NCBI GenBank assembly: GCA_015488325.1
Contig: WFOA01000017.1
Span: 1-59,637 of the forward strand
Direction: 5' to 3'
Length of the DNA: 59,637 bases
DNA from: Acidimicrobiia bacterium
GTDB lineage: Bacteria; Actinomycetota; Acidimicrobiia; Spongiisociales; ZC4RG35
How positions within the stretch are numbered: the first letter of the stretch is position 1; every line of letters begins with the position of its first letter. The translations under genes were made by a program, and so were the position numbers. Positions 40,574 to 51,320 of the stretch are shown here, piece after piece. Below the pieces are notes generated by a model that was not told where the DNA came from, searched no databases, and worked only from the letters and a program-made list of their open reading frames with translations.

Positions 40574-43264
40574 TCACGGCCGGAACGATAGAGCTTCGCG
40601 TCGGCTCGGCCGAACACGCCACGCCTTCAGTGCTTCCACCACCACGAAGATCGGCGCCGCCACCGTCGCGAGGAGCGCCCAGTCTCCCCATCCGAGGGGC
40701 ACGGTGCGGAGCCCTGCCTGCAGGAACGGCGTGTACACCGCCGCCACCTGGAGGCCGACGGTGGCCACCCAGGCCGCCAGCAGCCACGGGTTGGAGCGCC
40801 AGCCGATCCGTGCGATCGGCTGACGGAGGGAGCGGAAGTTGAACAGGTTGGCCAGCTCCAAGAGGACCAGGCCGGTGAAGGCCATCGTCTGGGCTTTGGC
40901 GGCGTCGACCGCCAGTTCCCGATGGAACAGCCAGAGCGCCGCCAAGCCCATGTAGGCGCCGAGGGCCAGGACCGTCACCATCGCCCGTCGGGCGAGGATC
41001 GGTTCGCGTGCCGGGCGGGGCGGCTGCCGCATCAGGTCGTCGGCGGCGGGTTCGACGCCGAGGGCGACGGCGGTGAGGCCGTCGGTGACCAGGTTGATCC
41101 ACAGGATCTGGACGGGGAGGAGGATCAGCGGCCCGCCGAGGAGGATGTTGGCCAGTACGGCGACGACTTCGCCGGTGTTGGACGACAGCAGGTAGCGGAC
41201 GAACTTCTGGATGTTGTCGTATTGGCGGCGGCCCTCTTCGACGGCGCCGACGATCGACGCGAAGTTGTCGTCGAGGAGGATCATGTCGGCGGCGGCTTTG
41301 GCGACGTCGGTGCCTCGAATCCCCATCGCCACGCCGATGTCCGCCTGTTTGAGGGCGGGGGCGTCGTTCACCCCGTCTCCGGTCATGGCGACGAGTTCGC
41401 CGTTCGACTGGAGGAGCTGCACGAGGCGAAGCTTGTGTTCGGGGGAGGTGCGGGCGAAGAGGACCCGTTCGCCGAGCATCCGGGCGAGTTCGGCGTCGGC
41501 GAGGTCGTCGAGTTCGGGCCCGGTCACCACCCGATCGACCCGCAGGCCGATCTTCCGTGCGACCGTCACGGCGGTTTCGGCGGCGTCGCCGGTGATGACG
41601 ACGGTTCTGATCCCCGCCTGTTCGGCGAGGCGGAGCGCCCCGGGGACTTCGGGCCGGGGAGGGTCGACGAGCCCTACCAGCCCGAGGAGGGTGAGTTCCG
41701 TCTCGATCTCGTCGGCGGTGTGGTGGTCGGGGAGCCGGCGGCGGGCGAGGGCCAATGTCCGCAGCCCGTCGGAGGCGAGGCGCCGGTAGGCATCGACGAA
41801 GGTGTCACGGTCGGAGTCGGTGAGTTCTTCTTCTCGGCCGTCCCGGAGGATGCGGGTGCAGCGGGCGAGGACGACCTCCGGTGCCCCTTTCGTGTGGGCG
41901 ACCAACCCTCGGTCGTCTTCGACGAGGACGGTCATCCGTTTCCGGGCCGAACTGAACGACAGTTCCCCGACGGGAGGTTCGGCGGGCGGGCCGAGCCCGG
42001 CTTTCGCGGCGGCGACGAGGAGGGCCGCTTCGGTCGGGTCGCCTCGGGGGACCCAACGTTCGCCGTCGCGGGCGAGGCGGGCGTGGTTGCAGACCAGCCC
42101 GGTCTCCAAGAGGGCGAAGAGGCCGGGATGTCGGCCCGGGTCGACCGGCTGTCCGTCCCGGAGGAAACGGCCTTCCGGTGTGTAGCCGATGCCGGTGACG
42201 TCGACGGGCCCGTCGGGGAGCCAGATCCGGGTGACCGTCATCTCGTTTCGGGTGAGGGTGCCGGTCTTGTCGGTGCAGATGACGGTGGCGGAGCCGAGGG
42301 CTTCGGCGACTTGGAGACGTCGGAGCAACGCGTTGCGGCGCACCATCTGGCGGACACCGAGGGCCAAGGTGATGGTCACCACCGCCGGCAGGCCTTCGGG
42401 GACGATCGCCACCGCCAGGGAGATCCCGGTGAGGAACATCTCGAGGGGCGGCCTCCCCGAGACGACCCCGGCGACGGAGACGACGGCGGCGACGGTGAGG
42501 GCGATGGCGCCGAGCTGTCTCCCCAGCCCGGCCAGCCTCCGTTGCAGCGGCGTGGTTTCGGTGCCGAGGGTCTGGGTGAGTTGGGCGATCCGTCCGAACT
42601 GGGTGTCCATCCCGGTGGCGACCACGACGCCCCGGCCTCGGCCGTTGGTGACGTTCGTCCCCATCCACGCCATGGATGCCCGCTCTGCCAGGGCCGTGTC
42701 TTCGGGCACGGGTTTCGCCGTCTTGTGGACCGGGAGGGATTCGCCGGTGAGGGGAGCTTCGTCGATCTGGAGGTCGACCGTCTCGACGAGGCGCAGGTCT
42801 GCGGGGACCCGGTCGCCGGTTTCGAGGACGACCAGGTCGCCGGGGACGAGGGTGGTGGAGTCGACCTCCCGTTCGTCGCCGTCCCGGATGACGGTGCAGA
42901 CCGGGGTGAGCATCCGCCGGAGGGCCCCGAGGGCCTGCTCGGCCCGCCATTCCTGCACGTAGCCGAGGACCCCGTTGAGGACGACGATCACGAGGATGGC
43001 AGCGGCGTCGACCACCTCCCCGACGGCGAAGGAGATGGCGGCGGCGACGAGCAGGATCCAGATGAGCACGTCGACGAACTGGCGGGCGAAGACTTCTGCC
43101 CGGGTCCGCCCCGGCTCTTCACTGATGGCGTTGGGGCCGTACCGGGCGAGACGTCGGGCGGCCTCGTGGGAGCCGAGTCCCTGTTCGGCGTCGGTGTCGA
43201 ACGCGAAGCACACTTCGTGGCGGTCGATGGAATGCCAGGGCCTCGTCGTTTCGCTGGTCGTCAC
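40574..43264 (-). CDS. Cation-transporting P-type ATPase (type II, Ca2+/Mg2+-like)
   Basis: 896 aa with a TGES actuator motif, the phosphorylation site ICTDKTGTLT, MTGDGVNDAPAL and 10 TM helices with PEGLP. Confidence 0.93.
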   Translation of the reverse strand: MTTSETTRPWHSIDRHEVCFAFDTDAEQGLGSHEAARRLARYGPNAISEEPGRTRAEVFARQFVDVLIWILLVAAAISFAVGEVVDAAAILVIVVLNGVLGYVQEWRAEQALGALRRMLTPVCTVIRDGDEREVDSTTLVPGDLVVLETGDRVPADLRLVETVDLQIDEAPLTGESLPVHKTAKPVPEDTALAERASMAWMGTNVTNGRGRGVVVATGMDTQFGRIAQLTQTLGTETTPLQRRLAGLGRQLGAIALTVAAVVSVAGVVSGRPPLEMFLTGISLAVAIVPEGLPAVVTITLALGVRQMVRRNALLRRLQVAEALGSATVICTDKTGTLTRNEMTVTRIWLPDGPVDVTGIGYTPEGRFLRDGQPVDPGRHPGLFALLETGLVCNHARLARDGERWVPRGDPTEAALLVAAAKAGLGPPAEPPVGELSFSSARKRMTVLVEDDRGLVAHTKGAPEVVLARCTRILRDGREEELTDSDRDTFVDAYRRLASDGLRTLALARRRLPDHHTADEIETELTLLGLVGLVDPPRPEVPGALRLAEQAGIRTVVITGDAAETAVTVARKIGLRVDRVVTGPELDDLADAELARMLGERVLFARTSPEHKLRLVQLLQSNGELVAMTGDGVNDAPALKQADIGVAMGIRGTDVAKAAADMILLDDNFASIVGAVEEGRRQYDNIQKFVRYLLSSNTGEVVAVLANILLGGPLILLPVQILWINLVTDGLTAVALGVEPAADDLMRQPPRPAREPILARRAMVTVLALGAYMGLAALWLFHRELAVDAAKAQTMAFTGLVLLELANLFNFRSLRQPIARIGWRSNPWLLAAWVATVGLQVAAVYTPFLQAGLRTVPLGWGDWALLATVAAPIFVVVEALKAWRVRPSRREALSFRP

Positions 43265-43390
43265 CGTCCCGACGATATCGGCGGTCCCGACCCGGCGGGA
43301 AGAGTCGAAGGTCGGGGCCGCCGGGGCCTGCCGTCCGCCGACGTGCCGGCACCGCAGGCCGGGGCCTCGGGGGCTCGCCCCGGGGTTTCG

Positions 43391-43699
43391 TCAGCCGGCG
43401 ATCAAGGTGAGGAGCATCACCGTCGGTTCGAGGGCCGTCACCGAATGGGGTGCGTCGGCGGGGATGAGCAGCCACGACGTCGGGGACATGTCGTGGATTT
43501 CGTCTTCGACGGTGACGTGGAGGCGGCCCGAGACGACCTGTAGGATCGCCGGGCGGTTGGCGGTGTGTTCGGTGAGCTCCTGACCTCGGTCGAATCCGAA
43601 CCCGACGACTCGCACCTGGTCGTCCCGGTGGAGGACTCGGCTGAGGATCCCGTCGGCGGGGATGGCGATTTCTGCGGTGAGGTCGGCGAGGTACGGCAT
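43391..43699 (-). CDS. Cupin-domain protein
   Basis: 102 aa with a single cupin barrel pattern (ELTEHTANRPAILQVVSGRLHVTVEDE...LLIPADAPHSVTA). The start overlaps the upstream stop (TGATG). Confidence 0.7.
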   Translation of the reverse strand: MPYLADLTAEIAIPADGILSRVLHRDDQVRVVGFGFDRGQELTEHTANRPAILQVVSGRLHVTVEDEIHDMSPTSWLLIPADAPHSVTALEPTVMLLTLIAG

Positions 43700-44466
43700 C
43701 AGAACTTCGAGTAGCCGCCGTCGATGACGACGGTGTCGCCGGTGTGGTAGGCGGAGGCGTCGGAGGCGAAATACACGGCGATCGCTTCGAAGTCGCCGGG
43801 CACACCCCATCGCCCCGCCGGGATGCGGGACAGCACCTTCTCGGAGAACGGTCCGGACGCCAACAGCCCTTCGGTCATGGCGGTGTCGATCCAACCCGGC
43901 ACGACGGCGTTGGCCCGGATTCCCCGACGTCCGTATTCGACGGCGAGGCTGCGGACCAGGGCGGTGACGGCTGCTTTGGAGGCGGCGTAGTGTTCGCCTC
44001 GGGGCATCCCGAAGATGGAGGAGGCGCTGGAGGTGACGACGAGGGATCCGCCTTCGCCTCGTTCCTTCATGTGCCTGGCCGCCGCCCTCAGGGTGAGGAA
44101 GACCCCGTCGAGGTTGACGTCGAGCACCCGCCGCCATTCGTCGAGGCTCATGTCTTCGAATCGGGTCATCCCGGTGGGGACTCCGGCGTTGGCGAAACAG
44201 GCGTCCACCTTGTCGAAGCGGGTGAGGGTGGCGGCGAAGGCCTCTTCCACCTGGGTTTCGTCGGAGACGTCGCAGCGTACGGCCAACACCTGGGCGCCGA
44301 GCGTTTCCAGCTCTTCGGCGGCGGCGGCGTTCTTGTCGGGGTTCCTGCCCCAGATCGCCACCGACGCGCCCGCTTTGGCGAGTCCACGGGCGTACCCGAG
44401 GCCGATCCCCGAGTTGCCGCCGGTGACCAACGCCACCTTGCCGGTGAGGTCGAACAGTCCGGTCAT
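43699..44466 (-). CDS. Short-chain dehydrogenase/reductase
   Basis: ATG at 44466. It has [20 protein letters not shown] and YAASKAAV. The start overlaps the upstream stop (ATGA). Confidence 0.88.
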   Translation of the reverse strand: MTGLFDLTGKVALVTGGNSGIGLGYARGLAKAGASVAIWGRNPDKNAAAAEELETLGAQVLAVRCDVSDETQVEEAFAATLTRFDKVDACFANAGVPTGMTRFEDMSLDEWRRVLDVNLDGVFLTLRAAARHMKERGEGGSLVVTSSASSIFGMPRGEHYAASKAAVTALVRSLAVEYGRRGIRANAVVPGWIDTAMTEGLLASGPFSEKVLSRIPAGRWGVPGDFEAIAVYFASDASAYHTGDTVVIDGGYSKF

Positions 44467-45263
44467 GGTGTCTCCTCCCTTCCGCCGAGAAGCGACTCTT
44501 GGAGTCTGCGCATCCCGGTGAGCCAGCGGTCGTAGTCGGTGGCTTTCCGCCGGAAGTATTCGGCCACTTCGGGGTGGGGGAGTACCAGGAACCGTTCGGC
44601 CCGCAGCGCCTCCACCACTGCTTCCGCCACCTCTTCGGGGGTTTTGGCGATCCCCCGTACGAACCTGGTGAGGCTTCCGTCGCCGAGGGCTTCGAACTCG
44701 CCGAGCATGGGGGTGTCCACGAACTGCGGGCAGAGACACGACACCCGGATCCCCCGGTCGCCGTAGGTCACCGACAGCCATTCGGCCAGTGCCACCACGG
44801 CGTGTTTGGTCACCGAGTAGGGGGCGGCGCCGATGTTGGTGAGCAGCCCGGCGGCGGAGGCGGTGTGGAGGAGGTAGCCTTCGCCTCGGGCCAGCATCCC
44901 CGGCAGCACCGCCCGCACCGCGTAGACGTGGGCCATCACGTTCACCTGCCAGGCCCGCTCCCAGGCTTCGTTCGGCTCCCACACGTCCCCGCCGGCGGCG
45001 ATCCCGGCGTTCATCGCCATCAGGTCGATCGGCCCCAGGTCCCGTTCGACCCGGTCGACCAGATTCCGGACGGCGTCTTCGTCGGACACGTCCAGGGTGA
45101 CGCCGGTTCCTCCGATGTCGTCTGCCACCGCCGCCGCCCCGTCCCCGTCGAGGTCGGCGACGACCACGTGGGCGGCTCCTTCGGCGGCGAACCGACGGCA
45201 CAGGGCCTCGCCGATCCCGGAGGCTCCCCCGGTGACCACCGCCACTCTTCCATCCAGTTCCAT
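44463..45263 (-). CDS. Short-chain dehydrogenase/reductase
   Basis: ATG at 45263 after AAGGAG. It has [22 protein letters not shown] and YSVTKHAV. Confidence 0.88.
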   Translation of the reverse strand: MELDGRVAVVTGGASGIGEALCRRFAAEGAAHVVVADLDGDGAAAVADDIGGTGVTLDVSDEDAVRNLVDRVERDLGPIDLMAMNAGIAAGGDVWEPNEAWERAWQVNVMAHVYAVRAVLPGMLARGEGYLLHTASAAGLLTNIGAAPYSVTKHAVVALAEWLSVTYGDRGIRVSCLCPQFVDTPMLGEFEALGDGSLTRFVRGIAKTPEEVAEAVVEALRAERFLVLPHPEVAEYFRRKATDYDRWLTGMRRLQESLLGGREETP

Positions 45264-45472
45264 GCCGGCTCTCCTTGCCTGTGGTGCGCATGGTACGGGC
45301 CGATGGTGGCGGGGGAGGACCCGGGAATCGCCATCGGCGACGGCGGTCGCCGCCATGGCAGACTCTGTGGGCAGGCAACCCGATCACGCGAGAAGACTGC
45401 ACGGGTGAGACGGCGACGGGAGACGGCTGGCTGATCCGTGTTCAGATCCCGAAGCATTGAGGTGATCCGGCC

Positions 45473-46552
45473 ATGAGCGATTTCTTCGCGAACCGTCGAG
45501 GCTGGTGGGTCGTCGTCGGCCTGCTCGCCGCGCTGGCGGCGGCGTTGGCGGTATCCCAGCCGGAGGAGGTCGGGGCCGCCTTGCCGGACGAGTTCGGAGA
45601 TCTGACCGAGCACTATCGGATCACGGTCGACGCCCGGGTCGGCTCCCGGCTGGTCGAATCGTCTGTTGTCGACGTGTGGTTCGGGGACCCGCCGGAGGTA
45701 TGGATCGAGTCGGAGCGTGACCCCGACGGTCGCCTCGTTGCCGTCCGATGGTCGTCCCAAGGGGTGGTGTCGGAACGTGATGCGGTGAGCGACTTCGTCA
45801 CGGTACGCAGCGCGTCGACGTTCGAAGGCTACGGGCCCGATCGGATCCTCCGGTTCGGACGTGCGGTGGCGTCGGGTGTCGCCGAGGTGGTCACCGACCG
45901 GTCCGGCATGCGCGTGACGGAAACCGAGACCGTGCAGGGCGGCACCGTGACGGTCGACGCCATCGTCGATCCCGAGAGCCTCCTGCCCTCCTCGGCCACG
46001 GTGACCGCCGACGACGGTGCCGACGTCCTCACGGTGACGATGCAGTTCACCCGGGTCGGCGGGGTCGGCGTCCCCGACGACGTCCTCGACGAGATCACCG
46101 GCGAACCGGCAGGCACCGACGTCGCGGTCGATCTCGACGCGTCGGCGACCGAGGAAGCGCTGGCGGAGCGGGGGCTTCGCTTCCCGGGAGTCGAGCCCGT
46201 GGCCGGGTTTCGGTTTGTGAAGGGGCTGCGTCTCGGGTTCGCCGGGCTGATCGACAGCGGCGGCGTCGGAGTTCTGTACGAACGAGCGGGAGGCCGCTCC
46301 GACGGCCTCTTCGACCTGGAGATCTACGTCACGCCTCTCTCGTACATCGAGAAGGGCGACGGGAGGGTCGACCTGGCGGTCGACCCGGCGGCCGAACGGG
46401 TCGACGTCGGATGGGCCGCCCGCTACGACGCGGCGGCAGGCGAGCTGGCGTTCGACACCGACACGGTGAACGTGATCATCAGGTTCAACGTGGACTGGCC
46501 AGAACGGAAGGAGGCTCTGATGTCGATCGCCCGAGCCCTGGTCGACGGTTGA
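45473..46552 (+). CDS. N-terminally anchored or secreted hypothetical protein
   Basis: Signal anchor (WWVVVGLLAALAAALAV) followed by a ~320-aa D/V/E-rich soluble region. I recognised no family. Confidence 0.55.
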   Translation: MSDFFANRRGWWVVVGLLAALAAALAVSQPEEVGAALPDEFGDLTEHYRITVDARVGSRLVESSVVDVWFGDPPEVWIESERDPDGRLVAVRWSSQGVVSERDAVSDFVTVRSASTFEGYGPDRILRFGRAVASGVAEVVTDRSGMRVTETETVQGGTVTVDAIVDPESLLPSSATVTADDGADVLTVTMQFTRVGGVGVPDDVLDEITGEPAGTDVAVDLDASATEEALAERGLRFPGVEPVAGFRFVKGLRLGFAGLIDSGGVGVLYERAGGRSDGLFDLEIYVTPLSYIEKGDGRVDLAVDPAAERVDVGWAARYDAAAGELAFDTDTVNVIIRFNVDWPERKEALMSIARALVDG

Positions 46553-46693
46553 CCCGTCGCGTCGCCTGGAGTCCGTCCCGTGCGCCGGCGATCGGGCCCA
46601 CAGGCATCGAGGGACCGGGGGCACACGGTGCAGGTCGTGTCGCTTCGGCGGCATCGCCATGGTACGGTTGTGAACGATCGCTAACCAACCGGA

Positions 46694-47872
46694 GTGGTGA
46701 TGTCCGACATCGATCGGGTCGACGCCCTCGTCGACCGCCTCCTCGCCGAACACTCCTTCGACGACCCCCAGGCCTTCTGGGGCGCCCAGTACGACCTCGG
46801 TCTCGCCTGGGTGTGGTTCCCGGAAGGATTCGGGGGTCTGGGCCTCGCCCGGGGACTCCAATCCCGGATCAACCGGCGCCTCGAAGAGGCCGGTGCGCCC
46901 ACCTGGAACCGTCGAGTCAACATCCTCGGGATCGGGATGGGCGCCGCCGTCCTCGCCGCCCACGGCACCGACGAACAGAAGCGGCGGTGGCTGCGACCCA
47001 TGTTCACCACCGAGGAGATCTGGTGTCAGCTCTTCAGCGAACCCGGCGCCGGATCCGACCTGGCCGGACTCGCCACCCGGGCCGTCCGCGACGGCGACGA
47101 ATGGGTCGTCACCGGCCAGAAGGTTTGGACCACCCTCGCCCACATCGCCAAATGGGGCCTCCTCGTCACCCGGACCGACCCCGACGTGCCCAAACACCGG
47201 GGACTCACCTACTTCGTGGTCGACATGCAGGCACCGGGCGTCGACGTGCGCCCCCTGTACCAGATCACCGGCGAAGCAGAGTTCAACGAGGTCTTCTTCG
47301 ACGAGGTTCGGATCCCCGACGACCAGCGGATCGACGACGTCGGCGCCGGATGGCGGGTGGCGATGACCACCCTCATGAACGAACGGGTCGCCATCGGCGG
47401 CGACACCACCCCCCGAGGGTCGGGGGCGATCGCCGAAGCCGTACGGGTGTGGAAGGAGTCCCGGTCCGACGATCCGGTGCTCCGAGACGAACTGGTGCGG
47501 CTGTGGGCCGAATGGGAGGCGTTCCGGCTCACCGCCGCCCGGGCGTCGGAGATGGCGAAGGCCGGAACCCCGGGGCCGGAAGGGTCCACCGGCAAGCTGG
47601 TGTGGGCCGACCTCAACAAGCGCATCACCTCGTTCACGGTGGAGCTGATGGGGATGGACGGGGCGGTGTTCCCGGGGGGATATCGGCTGATCCGGCCGGA
47701 AGGCCGGGACGAGATGCCACCTCAGAAGGCCTTCCTCCGGGCCCGGGCCAACTCGATCGAAGGGGGTACGTCCGAGATCATGATGAACATCATCGGGGAG
47801 CGGGTGCTGGGCCTTCCGCCGGAGCCGCGGGTCGACAAGGACGTCCCCTGGAAGGAGGTGCCCCGTGGCTGA
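46694..47872 (+). CDS. Acyl-CoA dehydrogenase (catalytic-type subunit)
   Basis: 392 aa with an ACAD fold pattern. The C-terminal catalytic-base motif is present (ANSIEGGTSEIMMNII). Confidence 0.88.
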   Translation: MVMSDIDRVDALVDRLLAEHSFDDPQAFWGAQYDLGLAWVWFPEGFGGLGLARGLQSRINRRLEEAGAPTWNRRVNILGIGMGAAVLAAHGTDEQKRRWLRPMFTTEEIWCQLFSEPGAGSDLAGLATRAVRDGDEWVVTGQKVWTTLAHIAKWGLLVTRTDPDVPKHRGLTYFVVDMQAPGVDVRPLYQITGEAEFNEVFFDEVRIPDDQRIDDVGAGWRVAMTTLMNERVAIGGDTTPRGSGAIAEAVRVWKESRSDDPVLRDELVRLWAEWEAFRLTAARASEMAKAGTPGPEGSTGKLVWADLNKRITSFTVELMGMDGAVFPGGYRLIRPEGRDEMPPQKAFLRARANSIEGGTSEIMMNIIGERVLGLPPEPRVDKDVPWKEVPRG

Positions 47873-48992
47873 ACGTCAGGTGTCCTACGCCCCCACCGAA
47901 GAGTTGGAGCTGATCCGCTCCACCGCCCGGGAGTTCCTCGCCGACCGTCTCGGCATCCCGGTGGTGCGGGAGCTGATGATGTCGGAGAGCGGCTTCGACC
48001 GTTCGGTGTGGAAGGAGTTGGCCGAGCTGGGATGGACGGGGCTGACCATCGACGAAGCCCACGGTGGTGGCGGGTTCGGGTTCGTGGAGCTCTCGGTCCT
48101 CGCCGAGGAGATGGGCCGGGCGGTGACGCCGGGCCCGTTCCTCGCCTCCGCCGTGCTGGCCACCGAGGCGATCAAGGCCGCCGGCACCGCCGAACAGCAG
48201 GCGGCGCTGCTCCCCCGCCTCGCCTCCGGGGAGGCCGTCGCCACCGTGGCGGTGTGGGAACGCCCCCGAGGCTGGGGGTTGGACGACGTCGCCACCACCG
48301 CCACGCCTGAAGCGTCCGGCTGGGCGCTGTCGGGGACGAAGCGGTTCGTCCTCGACGCCCACCTCGCCGACCTGCTCGTCGTCGCCGCCCGGCTCCCCGA
48401 CGGGGAGGTGGGGCTGTTCGTCGTGGAGGCCGGTGCATCGGGGATGTCGATCGACCAGGTTCCCGCCTTGGACCCGACCCGGAGGATCGCCGACGTCGTG
48501 TTCGACGGCGCGAGGACGGCCATGCTCCTCGGCGACGGGCCGGGGGCCGATGCCCTCGCCCGCGCGTTGCGGCTCGGGCTGGTCGCCCTCGCCAACGAGC
48601 AGGTCGGTGGCGCCCAACGGTGTCTGGAGATGTCGGTGGAGCACGCCAAGACCCGGTACCAGTTCGGACGCCCCATCGGCAGCTTCCAGGCGATCAAACA
48701 CCGGTGCGCCGAGATGCTGGTCCGGGTCGAACAGGCCCGCTCGGCGGCGTACTACGCCGCCCGGGTCACCGATGACACCGACGAGCTCCGGGTCGCCGCC
48801 CCCCTGGCCGCCGCGCTCTGCTCGGAGGCCTACCTGTGGGTCGCCGGGGAGAACATCCAGGTGCACGGCGGAATCGGGTTCACCTGGGAGCACGACGCCC
48901 ACCTCTACTTCAAGCGGGCGAAGGCGTCGACGCTGCTCTTCGGCGACCCTCGACATCATCGCCGGATGCTCGGCGACGCCTTGGGGCTGTGA
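47865..48992 (+). CDS. Acyl-CoA dehydrogenase-family protein (lacks the C-terminal catalytic Glu motif)
   Basis: 375 aa with an ACAD pattern (FQAIKHRCAEM, GENIQVHGGIGFTWEHDAHLYFKRA). No xEGTxxI motif is present. It overlaps the previous gene by 8 nt. Confidence 0.85.
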   Translation: MAERQVSYAPTEELELIRSTAREFLADRLGIPVVRELMMSESGFDRSVWKELAELGWTGLTIDEAHGGGGFGFVELSVLAEEMGRAVTPGPFLASAVLATEAIKAAGTAEQQAALLPRLASGEAVATVAVWERPRGWGLDDVATTATPEASGWALSGTKRFVLDAHLADLLVVAARLPDGEVGLFVVEAGASGMSIDQVPALDPTRRIADVVFDGARTAMLLGDGPGADALARALRLGLVALANEQVGGAQRCLEMSVEHAKTRYQFGRPIGSFQAIKHRCAEMLVRVEQARSAAYYAARVTDDTDELRVAAPLAAALCSEAYLWVAGENIQVHGGIGFTWEHDAHLYFKRAKASTLLFGDPRHHRRMLGDALGL

Positions 48993-49618
48993 CCGCGTCC
49001 ATCGAACCCACCCTGGCCGACGTCGGCTCGCCGACCGAGCGGGGCCGGAGACGGCGCTCCCAGATCCTCGACGCCGCCACGGAGCTGATCCGGAGGAACG
49101 GGTTCCCCGGGACCGGGATCGACGAGATCGGGGAGGCGGCCGGGATCACCGGGCCGGGGATCTACCGTCACTTCTCCTCGAAGGACGAGATCCTCCTCGC
49201 CATCCTCGACCGGATCTGGGACCTGCTCGGCCCGGTCGTGTCCGAAGTGGCGTCCCTCGGCCCCGAACAGGCGCTGCGGCGGCTCATCGACGCCCACATC
49301 ACCCTGGCCCTCGACCACCGTTCCGAGCTGCTGATCCTCGTCCGTGAGCTGCGTCACGTCCCCGACGACTACCGACGGGCGGTGCAGCGCAACGACGGAC
49401 GCTACATGGACACCTGGGCCGAGACGATCCGCCGTGTCTATCCGCACCTCGGCGAGGGCGACGCCCGGGCGGCGGCCCGGGCGGTCACCGGACTGATCGG
49501 TTCACCGGCGGCCGAGCCTCGTTCCCGGCGAGTGTCGAAAGAGCGATACCGGGAGATCCTCGCCGCCATGGCCTGGGCCGCCCTGGCAGGATTGGAAGAC
49601 GAACCTAGGAGGAGCTGA
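48989..49618 (+). CDS. TetR/AcrR-family transcriptional regulator
   Basis: GTG at 48989 overlaps the ACAD stop (GTGA). HTH region: ILDAATELIRRNGFPGTGIDEIGEAAGITGPGIYRHFSSKDEIL. Confidence 0.88.
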   Translation: MTASIEPTLADVGSPTERGRRRRSQILDAATELIRRNGFPGTGIDEIGEAAGITGPGIYRHFSSKDEILLAILDRIWDLLGPVVSEVASLGPEQALRRLIDAHITLALDHRSELLILVRELRHVPDDYRRAVQRNDGRYMDTWAETIRRVYPHLGEGDARAAARAVTGLIGSPAAEPRSRRVSKERYREILAAMAWAALAGLEDEPRRS

Positions 49619-50082
49619 TGCGTACGATCGTTCCCGCCGCCGAGCTGGCCGACCACGTCGGATCCGAAGTCGGTGTGTCCGACTGGTTCACCATCGACCA
49701 GGCCAGGATCGACGCCTTCGCCGATGCCACCGAAGACCACCAGTGGATCCACACGGATCCGGAACGGGCGAAGGCCACGCCCTGGGGCACGACCATCGCC
49801 CACGGCTACCTGACGCTCTCGCTCCTCCCGCACCTGTTGGGCCAGTCGGGGATCGCGCCGGAGGGGACGGTCATGGCGATCAACTACGGATCCGACCGGG
49901 TTCGGTTCCTCCAGCCGGTCAAGGTGGGGAGCGCCATCAGGGCCCGGGCGGTCCTGTCGGAGGTGACCGAGAAGAGCCCGGGCCAATGGCTGACGAAGTT
50001 CAGCGTCACCGTCGAGATCCAGGGTGAGGAGAAACCGGCGATGGTGGCCGAGACCCTCACCCTGTTCATCACCCAGGGATGA
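49618..50082 (+). CDS. MaoC-like (R)-specific enoyl-CoA hydratase / hot-dog fold dehydratase
   Basis: 154 aa with the motif [18 protein letters not shown]...[11 protein letters not shown]. Confidence 0.88.
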   Translation: MRTIVPAAELADHVGSEVGVSDWFTIDQARIDAFADATEDHQWIHTDPERAKATPWGTTIAHGYLTLSLLPHLLGQSGIAPEGTVMAINYGSDRVRFLQPVKVGSAIRARAVLSEVTEKSPGQWLTKFSVTVEIQGEEKPAMVAETLTLFITQG

Positions 50083-50137
50083 GCCGGGGCCACCAACGGG
50101 TTGGCAACGGTGCGACCCGTCGACCGAGGAGCAAACC

Positions 50138-51319
50138 ATGAGAGAAGCCGTCATCGTCTCCGTCGCCCGCACCGGGATCGGCAAGGCCTACCGGGGAGCC
50201 TTCAACGACACCGAGGCACCCACCTTGGCCGCCCATTCCCTCCGTCACGCCGTCGCCCGGGCGGGACTGGAACCGTCCGAGGTGGACGACGTCATCCTCG
50301 GATGCGCGATGCAGCAGGGCACCCAGGCGATCAACGTCGCCAGGATGGCGCTCCTCGCCGCCGGGTTCCCGCCTTCGGTGCCGGGGATGAGCATCGACCG
50401 CCAGTGCTCGTCGGGGCTGATGGCCGTCGCCACCGCCGCCAAACAGATCGTCGTCGACCGCATGTCCGTCGTGGCCGCAGGCGGAGTCGAGTCGATCAGC
50501 CTGGTCCAGAACGACGGTTGGCGTCAGGATCGTCTCATCGACCCGAACGTGATCGCGCACAGCCCCCACGCCTACATGCCGATGATCTCCACGGCCGAGG
50601 TGGTGGCCCGGCGGTACGGGATCAGCCGTGAAGTCCAGGACGAATACGCACTCCAGTCCCAGCAGCGCACCGCCGCCGCCCAGGCCGCGGGGATCTTCGA
50701 CGACGAGATCGTCCCCATCACCGTGACGAAGAAGGTGACGGACCGAGAGACCGGCGAGGTGACCGAAGAGGAGGTCACCGTCACCAAGGACGAAGGGAAC
50801 CGGCCCGACACCACGTTGGAGGGCCTCGCCAGGCTCCAACCGGTCCAGCCCGACGGCACGGTGACCGCCGGCAACGCCAGCCAGCTCTCCGACGGCTCGG
50901 CCGCGGTGGTGGTGATGGAGGCCGGCGAGGCGGAGCGGCGGGGCCTCGAACCCCTCGGGTACTACCGGGGCATGGCCGTCGCCGGGGTGGAGCCCGACGA
51001 GATGGGGATCGGACCGGTCTACGCCGTCCCCAAACTCTTGGACCGGTTCGGTCTCACCGTCGAGGACATCGACCTGTGGGAGCTGAACGAAGCCTTCGCC
51101 GTCCAGACCGTCTACTGCCGTGACGAACTGAAGATCCCCAACGAGATCTTCAACGTCAACGGCGGGGCCATCTCCATCGGCCACCCCTACGGGATGACCG
51201 GCGCCCGCCAGGTGGGCCACGTCCTGTTGGAGGGGAGGCGCCGCAACGCCCGCTACGTCGTCGTCACGATGTGTATCGGCGGCGGCCAGGGGGCGGCCGG
51301 ACTGTTCGAGGTGGCGTGA
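50138..51319 (+). CDS. Acetyl-CoA C-acyltransferase (thiolase)
   Basis: ATG at 50138 after GAGGAG. It has the active-site Cys region ([14 protein letters not shown]), [11 protein letters not shown], and C-terminal [16 protein letters not shown] and CIGGGQG. Confidence 0.93.
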   Translation: MREAVIVSVARTGIGKAYRGAFNDTEAPTLAAHSLRHAVARAGLEPSEVDDVILGCAMQQGTQAINVARMALLAAGFPPSVPGMSIDRQCSSGLMAVATAAKQIVVDRMSVVAAGGVESISLVQNDGWRQDRLIDPNVIAHSPHAYMPMISTAEVVARRYGISREVQDEYALQSQQRTAAAQAAGIFDDEIVPITVTKKVTDRETGEVTEEEVTVTKDEGNRPDTTLEGLARLQPVQPDGTVTAGNASQLSDGSAAVVVMEAGEAERRGLEPLGYYRGMAVAGVEPDEMGIGPVYAVPKLLDRFGLTVEDIDLWELNEAFAVQTVYCRDELKIPNEIFNVNGGAISIGHPYGMTGARQVGHVLLEGRRRNARYVVVTMCIGGGQGAAGLFEVA

Positions 51320-51320
51320 G

